Source of the DNA: an uncultured Clostridiaceae bacterium
GTDB lineage: Bacteria; Bacillota_I; Bacilli_A; RFN20; CAG-288
DNA length: 64,000 nt
Direction of reading: 5' to 3'
NCBI GenBank assembly: GCA_964427595.1
Contig: CAYRUQ010000004.1
Span: 4,314 to 68,313, forward strand
Below the pieces are notes generated by a model, which saw nothing but the letters and a program-made list of their open reading frames with translations, was not told the DNA's origin and made no database searches. Of the stretch, positions 34,406-43,628 are shown piece by piece (positions within the stretch are counted from its first letter, which is position 1; each line of letters begins with the position of its first letter). The translations under genes and the position numbers were made by a program.

Positions 34406-37400
34406 ATGAAGATCACCAAATTTGGCAGACCCGGATTATGGCGTTCATTGGCCGCCGTTTCGGGTGTCTTGCTAGTCTTAGCTGTCGGTGGCACTGTCGT
34501 CACCTCTGAGTGGTCGGGCTACATCAATAAGTACCTTAACATCTCTAACACCACTATCGTCAGTGGTGAGGGTGAAGAGGATCCGATCCATTATAAGAGC
34601 GATTTTGACAACTACACCGATGTCATGAACAATGCTAGAGACACGGCGTATCAAATTCAAGCTGAGGGCACCGTTCTTCTCAAGAACGATAACAATGTTT
34701 TACCTTTAGCCTCTGGATCCAATGTCACTTTCTTCGGTTATAACCAAGTCGACATCGCTTATGGCGGAACTGGTTCAGGAGGTGTCACTCCTTCTGAAGA
34801 GAGAGAAGCTGATTTGATTTCAGCTTGTGAAGGAAAACTCAACTACAACGAAGTCATCTATGATTTCTATGAAGAAAACTATGACAATCAGGTTGGTTTC
34901 ATCACAACTACATCATCTTGGTCTGGAACTTCTTATGACTTCCGTAGCGTCGATGCTGTTAATGAAATCAACGCCTCTGAGTTCACCGATGATGTTAAGA
35001 ACAGTTACACCACTTATGGAGATGCTGCTATTTACATCATAACTAGAATCGGTGGTGAAGGAAGCGATCTTTCAACTGAAGGCGATGGCTATCTCGCTAT
35101 CACTGATGACGAAAGAAGCGTCTTAGAAGAGATGCAACAATTCGAAAAGAAGATCGTTCTTCTCAACACCTTCAACGCCATGGAATTAGGTTGGGTTGAA
35201 GAGTATGACATCGATGCCGTTTTATACATCGGTGGTACTGGTGAAGTCGGCATGGACGCCGTCACTGATATCTTGATCGGTGCGGTCACTCCTTCTGGTC
35301 GTTTAGCCGATACTTATGCTTATAGTTCCTTCTCCTCACCTGCGATGCAGAACTTCGGTGATTTCGAATATACAAACGCTGATAACATCGTCAACAGCGA
35401 TTCCACTAACTATGTCGTTTATAGTGAAGGTATTTATGTTGGTTATCGTTATTATGAAACCAGATATGAAGACACTGTCCTTGATCAAGGCAATGCTTCT
35501 TCTACCAAAGGCGCCTTTGAATCCACTGATGGTTGGAATTATTCAGAAGAGGTTCAATATCCTTTCGGATATGGTATCTCTTATGCCGAATTCACTCAGG
35601 AATTAAATGGTGTTGATGTCGATTGGAACAACAAGACCGCTACTGTTTCCGTCAAAGTCACCAACAATTCTAATTCTCAATATACCGGTAAGGATGTTGT
35701 TCAAGTCTATGCTCAAGCTCCCTATACAGAGGGTGGAGTTGAAAAGTCCTCCGTCGTGTTAGTCGGCTTCGGTAAGACTGGCGACCTTGCACCTGGTGCC
35801 TCTACCACTATCACTATCGATGTTGATCTCAGTGATCTCGCTAGCTATGACTACGAGACTTATAAGACCTACATCATGGATGAAGGTAATTATTATTTTG
35901 CTATCGGTGACAACGCCCATGATGCTTTGAATAACATCTTAGCTCAAAAGGGTATGACTACCTCCGATGGTATGGACTATAACGGCGATGCTACTAAAGC
36001 TGTTAGAGTTACCAAGGATGATTTTGATGCTGATGAGTACAGACTCTCTTCACAAAACGTCTCCATCACCAATCAATTTGATGATGTCGACCTCAACTAC
36101 TATGATGAAGATGCTGTCACTTATCTCTCTCGTTCTGCTTGGGATGAAACTTGGCCTGAAACTCTCGATGATTTCACTGCCACTCAAGAGATGGTTGATG
36201 TCATCGCTTCCTACTATGTCAGTTCTACTGACGGAAGTGAAACTCCTACCGCTTACACACCTGGCGATACTGATACTAGCTCCATCACTGTCGGTAGCTC
36301 AGTTGAGTACACTGTCGCTATGATGATCGGTGCTGATTATGATGATCTCGCTTGGGATATCCTCCTCGATCAGCTCACTTTAGATGATTATTATGAATCT
36401 ACCAGACAAGGTAGAATCGCTATCGAAAGCGTCGGCCAACCTGCTACTACTGCTGTTGATGGCCCTGCCGCTTGGACCAAATCTTACTACATCACTGATT
36501 ACACTCAACAATACATGGCTGATACCGTCACCACCACTGATGAACAGTGCGTCGCTTATCCGACCGAAACTGTCGTCGCTGGTACTTGGAACCTCGATCT
36601 CGTTTATGACCTCGGTGTTTCCTTCGGTGAAGAAGGCTTATGGGGCGGAGGTGTTGGATGGTATGGTCCTGGTGCCAACACTCACAGAACTCCTTATGCT
36701 GGTCGTAATTTCGAATACTTCTCTGAAGATGGTTTCTTAGCTGGTAAGCTTTGTGAACAAGAAGTTCAAGGCGCTATGTCTAAGGGTGTCATCTCCTATC
36801 TCAAACACTTCTTCCTCAACGATCAAGAAACCAACAGAATCGGTGTTTGTACTTTCGCTAACGAACAATCTTTACGTGAAATCTACCTTAAAGCTTTCCA
36901 ATATTCCTTTGAGACAACTGGTGAAGATGATCCTGCTTGCAACGGCGTCATGGGTGCCTTCAACAGAATCGGTCTCACTTGGACTGGTCATTCCTCCAAC
37001 CTTTGGAAGAACGTCATGGAAGGTGAGTGGGGATTCACTGGTAACATCACCACTGACTTCGGTCAAAAATCTAACAGCTTGATGGAGCCCAGATTGGCTT
37101 ATGAAGCTGGCACCACGATGTTCTGCACCTCTGGTACCACCTTCTCCACTTACTTACAAGGTGCTGATATCACTACCGATTACAAACTCATGTCCAATAT
37201 GCGTGAAGCTATCCACAGAAACCTCTACAACTTCGCTAACAGTGCTGCTATGAATGGTTCCACCTCTGATTCTCAGATCGTCACCATCGCCACTTGGTAT
37301 GAGATTGCCTTAACCGCTGCTACTGCTGTCACTGCTGTCGTCTTAGCCGGTTCTCTCGTCCTTACTATCCTTCAAAGCTTCGTTCTCAAAGAAAAGGAGG

Positions 37401-37408
37401 CTGAGTAA
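34406..37408 (+). CDS. Glycoside hydrolase family 3 (beta-glucosidase/xylosidase-like), circularly permuted domain order, TM anchors at both ends
   Basis: N-terminal part carries GH3 'C-terminal' domain motifs (GTVLLKNDNNVLPL) plus an Fn3-like segment. C-terminal part carries the catalytic barrel (GPGANTHRTPYAGRNFEYFSEDG, KHFFLNDQETNR, GFTGNITTDFG nucleophile region). Start set to ATG 34406, 5 nt after GGAGG. Confidence 0.8.
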   Translation: MKITKFGRPGLWRSLAAVSGVLLVLAVGGTVVTSEWSGYINKYLNISNTTIVSGEGEEDPIHYKSDFDNYTDVMNNARDTAYQIQAEGTVLLKNDNNVLPLASGSNVTFFGYNQVDIAYGGTGSGGVTPSEEREADLISACEGKLNYNEVIYDFYEENYDNQVGFITTTSSWSGTSYDFRSVDAVNEINASEFTDDVKNSYTTYGDAAIYIITRIGGEGSDLSTEGDGYLAITDDERSVLEEMQQFEKKIVLLNTFNAMELGWVEEYDIDAVLYIGGTGEVGMDAVTDILIGAVTPSGRLADTYAYSSFSSPAMQNFGDFEYTNADNIVNSDSTNYVVYSEGIYVGYRYYETRYEDTVLDQGNASSTKGAFESTDGWNYSEEVQYPFGYGISYAEFTQELNGVDVDWNNKTATVSVKVTNNSNSQYTGKDVVQVYAQAPYTEGGVEKSSVVLVGFGKTGDLAPGASTTITIDVDLSDLASYDYETYKTYIMDEGNYYFAIGDNAHDALNNILAQKGMTTSDGMDYNGDATKAVRVTKDDFDADEYRLSSQNVSITNQFDDVDLNYYDEDAVTYLSRSAWDETWPETLDDFTATQEMVDVIASYYVSSTDGSETPTAYTPGDTDTSSITVGSSVEYTVAMMIGADYDDLAWDILLDQLTLDDYYESTRQGRIAIESVGQPATTAVDGPAAWTKSYYITDYTQQYMADTVTTTDEQCVAYPTETVVAGTWNLDLVYDLGVSFGEEGLWGGGVGWYGPGANTHRTPYAGRNFEYFSEDGFLAGKLCEQEVQGAMSKGVISYLKHFFLNDQETNRIGVCTFANEQSLREIYLKAFQYSFETTGEDDPACNGVMGAFNRIGLTWTGHSSNLWKNVMEGEWGFTGNITTDFGQKSNSLMEPRLAYEAGTTMFCTSGTTFSTYLQGADITTDYKLMSNMREAIHRNLYNFANSAAMNGSTSDSQIVTIATWYEIALTAATAVTAVVLAGSLVLTILQSFVLKEKEAE

Positions 37409-37410
37409 AA

Positions 37411-37878
37411 ATGAATTTAGTCAAGAGATTCCTCAAGAATAAGAAAGTCGGTTGGTATTTATCAGTCGTCAGCTTAATTCTTGGTATCATCACTTTAATC
37501 GTCTACACTGTTAGAGGCGGAAACTATCTCTCTCCTGTCTCTAATGCTGCTGTTGCTCTTCTCGTCTTAGCTATCCTCACCAACCTCGCTGTCCTTGTCT
37601 TAGACTTCAAGATCGGTGCCTTCGTTCCTTTAATCTTATATGCTTGTGTCGTAGCTGTATTACTCAACACTGAGATGCTCTTCATCACCAACGTCATCTT
37701 CGGTGTTGATGGTAATTACTTCGAAACATCATTCTTCACCTTCATCGTCACCAGCATTCTCGCTACTATCGTCTCTGCTGTCGCCTTCGCATTAGGTCTC
37801 TCTAAGAGCAACAAACTCTTAGCTGATGAAGAAGCTACTGAAGAAGAAGCTGTTGAAGAAACTACGGCTTCTAACTGA
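37411..37878 (+). CDS. Four-TM membrane protein with acidic C-terminal tail, unknown function
   Basis: Starts 2 nt after the GH3 stop, with the SD AAGGAGG inside the GH3 3' end. Tail reads ADEEATEEEAVEETTASN. Confidence 0.5.
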   Translation: MNLVKRFLKNKKVGWYLSVVSLILGIITLIVYTVRGGNYLSPVSNAAVALLVLAILTNLAVLVLDFKIGAFVPLILYACVVAVLLNTEMLFITNVIFGVDGNYFETSFFTFIVTSILATIVSAVAFALGLSKSNKLLADEEATEEEAVEETTASN

Positions 37879-37903
37879 TATCTAGTTGTTTACTCCTTTC
37901 TAG

Positions 37904-37940
37904 TCCTTCCTCCGCAATAAGCGGAGGAAGGATTCTTCTT
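37904..37940 (+). terminator. Intrinsic terminator (strong 12-bp stem, interrupted T-run)
   Basis: tccttcctccgc-aataa-gcggaggaagga followed by ttcttctt. Confidence 0.65.
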
Positions 37941-37954
37941 CAGGAGGATTTAAA

Positions 37955-38902
37955 TTGAAACCTAAGTACTTGTTACCCGCTTTTTTATTTTGTTTCACAT
38001 TCTCTCTTAGTTCCTGTTCTACGAGTAACGATACTGCTGCAATCACCTCCTGGGAGGTGCCAGATAAGTATCGTCAAGAGAATGAGGAAGCACCTGGTCA
38101 AGTCGTTGAAGTGACATATACTGCCAACGATTATGCTTTAGAATCTGGTGCTACTGAAGAGAAGTATTGCAATGTCTATCTGCCTTATGGATATGACGAA
38201 ACAAAAGAATATGATATCCTTTATCTCTTACATGGAACTGATCGTCAAACTGTCGTTCATCAAAACACTTGGCTTTATACGATTGGGATGAAAGACATCC
38301 TAGATAATCTCATCTATTATGGTGATATTGATCCTTTGATTGTCGTGGCTCCCAGCACCTATAGCTATGAGCTTTATGGCGATGATGATCCAAATAGTTC
38401 AATCACGGAGATGACTCCTACTAAAACTAACTCCAACGCTAATTTCCCTAGTGAGTTAAGAAATGACATCATCCCTGTTATCGAAAGTTTATTTTCTACC
38501 TATGCTGAAGACACCACTGATGAAGGCCTTATCGCTTCTAGAGATCATCGAGCGATAGCTGGTTTATCAAATGGATGTCGTCTCACTTATAGAGCCGGCT
38601 TAGTCAATAACTTTGATATCTTCAGCTACTTCGGCTGTTTCTCTTCTTATATTGATTCTGAAGAGATTTTAGAAGCTTTGAATGCATCTGAAAATGTTGG
38701 ATATGAAATCAATTACATGTTCAATGCTGATGGCATTTATGACTTCGCTTATAACGGACATAAACAGATGATCAATGAGTTATTAGAAGATGATCACTTC
38801 AATAGTGAAAACACTGAATATGTCACGATCAATTTCGGTTATCATTCAGCTAGGTCTTGGAGAGTCGGTTTGTATGATGCGCTTTTGAGGTTCTTCAAAT
38901 GA
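37955..38902 (+). CDS. Lipoprotein, 'putative esterase' (CE1/esterase-D-like) family
   Basis: TTG start 7 nt after AGGAGG. Lipobox FSLSSC. YLLHG and AGLSNG (GxSxG) motifs. Confidence 0.65.
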   Translation: MKPKYLLPAFLFCFTFSLSSCSTSNDTAAITSWEVPDKYRQENEEAPGQVVEVTYTANDYALESGATEEKYCNVYLPYGYDETKEYDILYLLHGTDRQTVVHQNTWLYTIGMKDILDNLIYYGDIDPLIVVAPSTYSYELYGDDDPNSSITEMTPTKTNSNANFPSELRNDIIPVIESLFSTYAEDTTDEGLIASRDHRAIAGLSNGCRLTYRAGLVNNFDIFSYFGCFSSYIDSEEILEALNASENVGYEINYMFNADGIYDFAYNGHKQMINELLEDDHFNSENTEYVTINFGYHSARSWRVGLYDALLRFFK

Positions 38903-39258
38903 GCGAGAGAATAAAAAAGATTGAGCATATTCTTTATATCGCTCTTCCCATCTTGATTTTGGTAGCTTGTTATGGAGAATTCATTCTTTGTTTTATCAGA
39001 GGATATGAAGAACTTTGGTACACGATACTCGTGCCTTCTATCGTGTGTACCATCCTGACCATCTTCGGATATAAGACGCATCTTAAATGGCTTTACTTTA
39101 TTGCAACTGTCATCATCATAGCTGGCACGGTTTTATTAATCGGATTTCCTTCATATATAATGTTTGTCGCATTGATATGTGGTGGAATCTCACTGATTGT
39201 TGAAATTGTTCTTCTTGTCTTTCACTTCCTTAAGAAAAGACAACCTGTTACAGAATAA
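38899..39258 (+). CDS. Small multi-pass membrane protein, unknown function
   Basis: 119 aa, 3-4 hydrophobic helices, ATGA overlap with the esterase stop. Confidence 0.45.
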   Translation: MSERIKKIEHILYIALPILILVACYGEFILCFIRGYEELWYTILVPSIVCTILTIFGYKTHLKWLYFIATVIIIAGTVLLIGFPSYIMFVALICGGISLIVEIVLLVFHFLKKRQPVTE

Positions 39259-39262
39259 ATAA

Positions 39263-39289
39263 AGTGGCGTAGTGATACGCCACTTTTTT
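39263..39289. terminator. Bidirectional intrinsic terminator
   Basis: agtggcgt (39263-70) pairs with acgccact (39277-84), followed by T5 and preceded by an A-rich tract. Confidence 0.75.
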
Positions 39290-40544
39290 ATCTCTTTTTC
39301 TTTTTTAGATTATTGATATCAGTCGATCTTTCTATCTTAGATAGCTTTTCGTATTGTTCGGCTAAGGCTCTCTCATATTTACCGGTTAAAGAAGGATGAT
39401 AGAAATGGACATCTTCCATGCCTTCCGGCATATATTCAATCTCCGACCACAAATCGCTTCTATCATATGGGTAAGATTCAGTGTTATCGACTTGTTTGAA
39501 TCTGAGGTAAGAACGTACTCTGATCGGTTTTTCTTCAACTATAGCGCTAGCTTCTTCAATGGCGAGACAAGCCGATTTTGATTTAGGTGATAAAGCGAGG
39601 TCGACTATTGTAAAACCGAGAGGGATCATCGCTTCGGGCATACCGGTTTCCCGTGCGGTTTGACAGGCGTTATGACAACGATCAACTGCCTGTGGATTAG
39701 CAAGTCCGACATCTTCATAAGCGGTGATCAGAAGTCTTCTTATCAAGCCTTCTAAATCACCGGATTTTAATATCTTAGCCGCATAATAAAGGGCAGCATC
39801 AACTTGACTCCCTCTGATTGACTTTTGAAGTGCGGAGACGGTGTCATAGTGTTCATCTTCATCTAAATCAGCATAGTAATTAGGAAGAGCGGCTATCTCT
39901 TTTGTCTCTTCTAAAGTGATCAGGTGATTTTTTGAAAAACTCAGGTAGCAGGCTTCTAATTGATTGTAGGCAAAACGCATATCACCACCTGAGATCTTAG
40001 CTAAGTAAGTGATAGCTTCATCTTCAATCTTACATCTGTTATCAAGTCCTTTAGAAGAAGTGAGGGTTCTTCTTAAACCTTTCTCTATCTCTAAAGAAGT
40101 CAGTTCTCTTGTTTCAAGAAGCCTACAACGAGAACGGATGGCTGGTCTTATCGAGATTAAAGGATTAGCAGTTGTGCAACCGATGATGTAGAAGTTTCCG
40201 TTTTCTAAGTGGGGAAGAAGGAGATCTTGTTTTGCTTTATCAAGACGATGTATCTCATCGATGATGACGATAGTTGGGTTGAATCTTATCGCTTCTCCAA
40301 AAGCAGCTTCCATCTTGCTCTTATTATCCGTTACCGCATTTAAAAAGATAGAATGAGCGTTAAAAGAGTTAGCAAAAGCTCTCGCCAAAGTCGTTTTTCC
40401 TGACCCAGGAGGGCCATAGAAAATCATCGAAGTCAATGATTTGACTGAGATTAGATTATCAAGAAAAGATTTGATTTTCTCCTGTCCGATGATGTCTTTA
40501 AGCTCATCTGGACGCATGCGATAGGCTAAGGGTTTATCGAGCAT
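39288..40544 (-). CDS. rarA: Replication-associated recombination protein A (MgsA/WRNIP-type AAA+)
   Basis: PLAYRMRPDELKDIIGQ, FYGPPGSGKTTLA, IDEIHR, and a conserved C-terminal MgsA domain. Confidence 0.9.
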   Translation of the reverse strand: MLDKPLAYRMRPDELKDIIGQEKIKSFLDNLISVKSLTSMIFYGPPGSGKTTLARAFANSFNAHSIFLNAVTDNKSKMEAAFGEAIRFNPTIVIIDEIHRLDKAKQDLLLPHLENGNFYIIGCTTANPLISIRPAIRSRCRLLETRELTSLEIEKGLRRTLTSSKGLDNRCKIEDEAITYLAKISGGDMRFAYNQLEACYLSFSKNHLITLEETKEIAALPNYYADLDEDEHYDTVSALQKSIRGSQVDAALYYAAKILKSGDLEGLIRRLLITAYEDVGLANPQAVDRCHNACQTARETGMPEAMIPLGFTIVDLALSPKSKSACLAIEEASAIVEEKPIRVRSYLRFKQVDNTESYPYDRSDLWSEIEYMPEGMEDVHFYHPSLTGKYERALAEQYEKLSKIERSTDINNLKKKKR

Positions 40545-40595
40545 TTACAACCTCTTGTTACAGCTGTTTGCGAGCGTTTCTATTATAATATACAT

Positions 40596-41051
40596 GTGAA
40601 AATTCTGGTTCAAGAATGCGAGAAAGCATCTGTCACTATCGACGGACAAATCTTCTCTTCTATCGGCTATGGAGAACTCATCTTAGTCGGCTTTTCTGTC
40701 TCTGATGATAAAGAGCTAGTTAAGAAGATGACCGAGAAGCTTTTGAAGCTCCGTATCTTTCCTGATGAAAACGGAAAGACTAATCTCTCTTTAGATCAAA
40801 AGAAGGGTGAGATACTAGCTGTTTCTCAATTCACTTTATATGCGGATGTTAAAGATGGTAATCGACCTTCTTTTGTCACTGCTCAAAGAGGAGAGAAAGC
40901 GAGTGAGTTATACGATTATTTCATTTCTCTTCTTAAAGAAAGAGTCGAAGTGGTTAAAACCGGAGTTTTCGGTGCTGATATGAAAGTGAGTCTCATCAAT
41001 GATGGGCCTTTCACTATCATGCTAGATTCAAAGGAACTCTTTCATGAATGA
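40596..41051 (+). CDS. dtd: D-aminoacyl-tRNA deacylase
   Basis: MKILVQ.., SQFTLYAD..GNRPSF, NDGPFTIMLDS. GTG start 6 nt after TATAAT (40584-40589), with no SD. Confidence 0.85.
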   Translation: MKILVQECEKASVTIDGQIFSSIGYGELILVGFSVSDDKELVKKMTEKLLKLRIFPDENGKTNLSLDQKKGEILAVSQFTLYADVKDGNRPSFVTAQRGEKASELYDYFISLLKERVEVVKTGVFGADMKVSLINDGPFTIMLDSKELFHE

Positions 41052-42186
41052 AAAAGTCTTATTAGGTCTCTCCGGAGGCGTCGATAGCGCAGTATCTGCT
41101 TATCTTTTAAAGAAGGCTGGTTATGATGTCACCTGTTGTTTCATGCGAAACTGGGACTCGATCACAAACAACGACATCTTAGGAAATCCGACTTTAAGCG
41201 GTAGCAAATGCTCTCAAGAACTCGATTATGATGATGCAGTCGAGACTGCTTTTGAGCTTGATTTGCCGATCATTCGTAAGGACTTCATCGAAGAATATTG
41301 GAATGATGTCTTCAAGGACTTTTTAGATACTTATAAGAAAGGATTTACACCTGATCCGGATGTCTTTTGTAACAAGTACATCAAGTTCGGTCATTTCTTG
41401 AAATTCGCTAGAACCCTAGGCTTTGATACTATCGCTATGGGACACTACGCTAAAAGGATTGATGAAAACGGAGAATCCCATCTTTATAAAGCCTATGATT
41501 TAAACAAAGATCAGTCTTATTTCTTAGGACAGATTTCTCAAGAACAACTTTCACACGCTATTTTCCCCTTAGCCTCTATCACTAAAACAGAGGTGAGAAA
41601 GATCGCTGAAGAACTCTCTTTAGGAGTTAAAGATAAGAAAGATTCCACCGGTGTTTGTTTCATCGGTGAGAGAAACTTCAAGCAATTTTTAGCTAACTAT
41701 CTACCAGCACAAAAAGGACCCATCGTCGATATCGTCTCAAACAGAGAGATAGCTAGTCACGATGGTGTCCTTTACTACACTTGTGGGCAACATAGAGGAC
41801 TTAATATCGGAGGAATCAAAGGATATTCACAAGATCCTTTCTTCGTCGTCGGAAAGGATGTGAAAACCAACACTTTATATGTCGCTCAAGAGAAGGATAA
41901 CGATTATCGTTTCTCCTCTCGATGTTTGATTGAGAATCTCAATTGGATAGGAAATGATATGCCTGTTTTAGGTATGGAGTGCTCCTGTAAATTCCGTTAT
42001 AGAGGCAAAGATATGAAGGTCAAGTTCACACCGAGACCGGGATTAACAAGCGCTTGGCTGACTTATGATAATTATTCTTATATCACCAAAGGTCAAATCG
42101 CTTGCCTTTATCAAGATTCAAGACTTTTAGGAAGCGGAGTCATCACGAAGACTTATAACGCTGATTTTGAAGAAATACCGTATTAA
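41044..42186 (+). CDS. mnmA: tRNA 2-thiouridine(34) synthase
   Basis: PP-loop GLSGGVDSAV, catalytic Cys contexts (FCNKYIKF, STGVCFIGE). 8-nt overlap with dtd. Confidence 0.9.
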   Translation: MNEKVLLGLSGGVDSAVSAYLLKKAGYDVTCCFMRNWDSITNNDILGNPTLSGSKCSQELDYDDAVETAFELDLPIIRKDFIEEYWNDVFKDFLDTYKKGFTPDPDVFCNKYIKFGHFLKFARTLGFDTIAMGHYAKRIDENGESHLYKAYDLNKDQSYFLGQISQEQLSHAIFPLASITKTEVRKIAEELSLGVKDKKDSTGVCFIGERNFKQFLANYLPAQKGPIVDIVSNREIASHDGVLYYTCGQHRGLNIGGIKGYSQDPFFVVGKDVKTNTLYVAQEKDNDYRFSSRCLIENLNWIGNDMPVLGMECSCKFRYRGKDMKVKFTPRPGLTSAWLTYDNYSYITKGQIACLYQDSRLLGSGVITKTYNADFEEIPY

Positions 42187-42259
42187 AAAGTCTTGTCAGA
42201 GAATGTCATTTCCTTTAAAATGTTCCTTGGCATTTTTTAAAGAAATGAGGTGATGAGAT

Positions 42260-42430
42260 TTGCCAAAGACAATCGTCAGAGATGGTGAGACTCTTGACGA
42301 CGCCATGAAGAGATTCAAGCGTCAGGTCAACAAAGCTGGCACCATCGCAGACTACCGCAAGCACGATTTCTTCCTTAAGAAGGGTCTTAAGCGGAAACTC
42401 AAGTCTGAGAACGCTAGAAGAAAACACTGA
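42260..42430 (+). CDS. rpsU: 30S ribosomal protein S21 (56 aa), absent from the ORF track
   Basis: Manual translation from TTG 42260: (M)PKTIVRDGETLDDAMKRFKRQVNKAGTIADYRKHDFFLKKGLKRKLKSENARRKH*. GAGGTGA SD at 42247-42253; terminator follows. Confidence 0.85.
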   Translation: MPKTIVRDGETLDDAMKRFKRQVNKAGTIADYRKHDFFLKKGLKRKLKSENARRKH

Positions 42431-42445
42431 GCGTTTTCTACACTG

Positions 42446-42469
42446 GGGAGGCTAAGCCTCTCTTTTTTT
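42446..42469. terminator. Bidirectional intrinsic terminator
   Basis: gggaggc-taa-gcctctc followed by T7. Confidence 0.8.
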
Positions 42470-42473
42470 GTTT

Positions 42474-43550
42474 TCAAAATTCAATCTCTTCTTCCGAGAG
42501 ATTGATATCAGTGATGTTATCAGGAGTGATCTCTATTGGAAGAAGCTTCTTTAAAAGGACATTATCATTAAGAGAGACAGTGACTTGATATCCGTATCCG
42601 TTATCGACAGCTTTGTTATATTCTTCGATGAAAGTGGAGAAGTTGAGCGTGCTTTCTGAAAAGACGATTTGATAAGTTTTATGAGATGCATACTGATAAG
42701 TGAGCAGATTTCTAAAAGTGGCTGTTTCAAAGATATTATCTTCTTCAAGTGAGGGTAATGAGAGGAGATAATTATTAACATTTTCTTTCATGTCAGATAA
42801 GACGGAAGATGCGACAGTGTAGTCTTTTCCATTATATTTGAATTGTTGAGCATATATGCCAGTAGTCTGAATGCCAGAAAAAAGACTATCGAAAGAATAA
42901 TCAGTCCCGCTGATATATTGAACATCTAATGAGAAGGGATCAGTAGGAGCTCTATCTCCAGAGCTACCGATTGAATAGACAGCGTGATTAGCATTGATTC
43001 TCATCGAACCATCAGGGACATAGCCATCACTTACTAAAGAGGCATTAGCAGCTTTGATCTCTCTTCTCTTGTAATTGAGTTTCAGACTAGCTTTGACAGA
43101 GGGATCATTTTTAGCGCTGAGAGTGAAGATCATACCGGTACCAAACGGACCTGAACAATCAAAGGTTAATTTCTTATTTTCACCATCTAATTCATAGGTG
43201 ACATAATCGAGGATATTTTTGTCCTCATACCAAGTGTCTGACTCATAGTTGTCGTTACTTTCTTCATCCCAAAGTAAAGTGGTATTGAGATTGGTAGTAT
43301 CAGCGTTATTAGGTGTCAAAGAGAAAGTGACTTCTTTTCTGATAGTACCATCAGAAAGGACGCTCTCTTTAACTTGACTGAAGTGGATGTTATGTAATTC
43401 CTCCACTTCAAAATTGTCGGTGGTGTTAGTGATGATGTTTCCAAAATCGAAATTGGTGAAACCATTTGTCATCACACCAACACCAGAGGTGATGACGATA
43501 CCACTTAAAAGGACCGACAGAAGAACCGTGATTTTATTTCTTTTAGTCAT
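42474..43550 (-). CDS. Membrane-anchored/secreted hypothetical surface protein
   Basis: Start moved to ATG 43550 (MTKRNKITVLLSVLL), 5 nt after GGAGAGGAG. One N-terminal TM helix, the rest hydrophilic and N/T/S-rich. Confidence 0.5.
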   Translation of the reverse strand: MTKRNKITVLLSVLLSGIVITSGVGVMTNGFTNFDFGNIITNTTDNFEVEELHNIHFSQVKESVLSDGTIRKEVTFSLTPNNADTTNLNTTLLWDEESNDNYESDTWYEDKNILDYVTYELDGENKKLTFDCSGPFGTGMIFTLSAKNDPSVKASLKLNYKRREIKAANASLVSDGYVPDGSMRINANHAVYSIGSSGDRAPTDPFSLDVQYISGTDYSFDSLFSGIQTTGIYAQQFKYNGKDYTVASSVLSDMKENVNNYLLSLPSLEEDNIFETATFRNLLTYQYASHKTYQIVFSESTLNFSTFIEEYNKAVDNGYGYQVTVSLNDNVLLKKLLPIEITPDNITDINLSEEEIEF

Positions 43551-43628
43551 GTTGACTCCTCTCCGCAAGCACGATCTTGCTTCAACTATAGTTGAGAGGA
43601 AATCAACTTTTTGTTCAAAAAATCTAAA

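Noticed and set aside
34406-37878. Impression that the GH3 gene and its partner are more GC/C3-rich than their neighbours, suggesting horizontal transfer.
   Set aside because: I cannot compute composition or codon statistics here. C-ending codons are also frequent in other genes in the window (for example the EF-G2 gene), so the impression is not reliable.
42215-42427. 70-aa minus-strand ORF.
   Set aside because: It is antisense to a clear S21 (rpsU) gene. It has no SD and a low-complexity translation.
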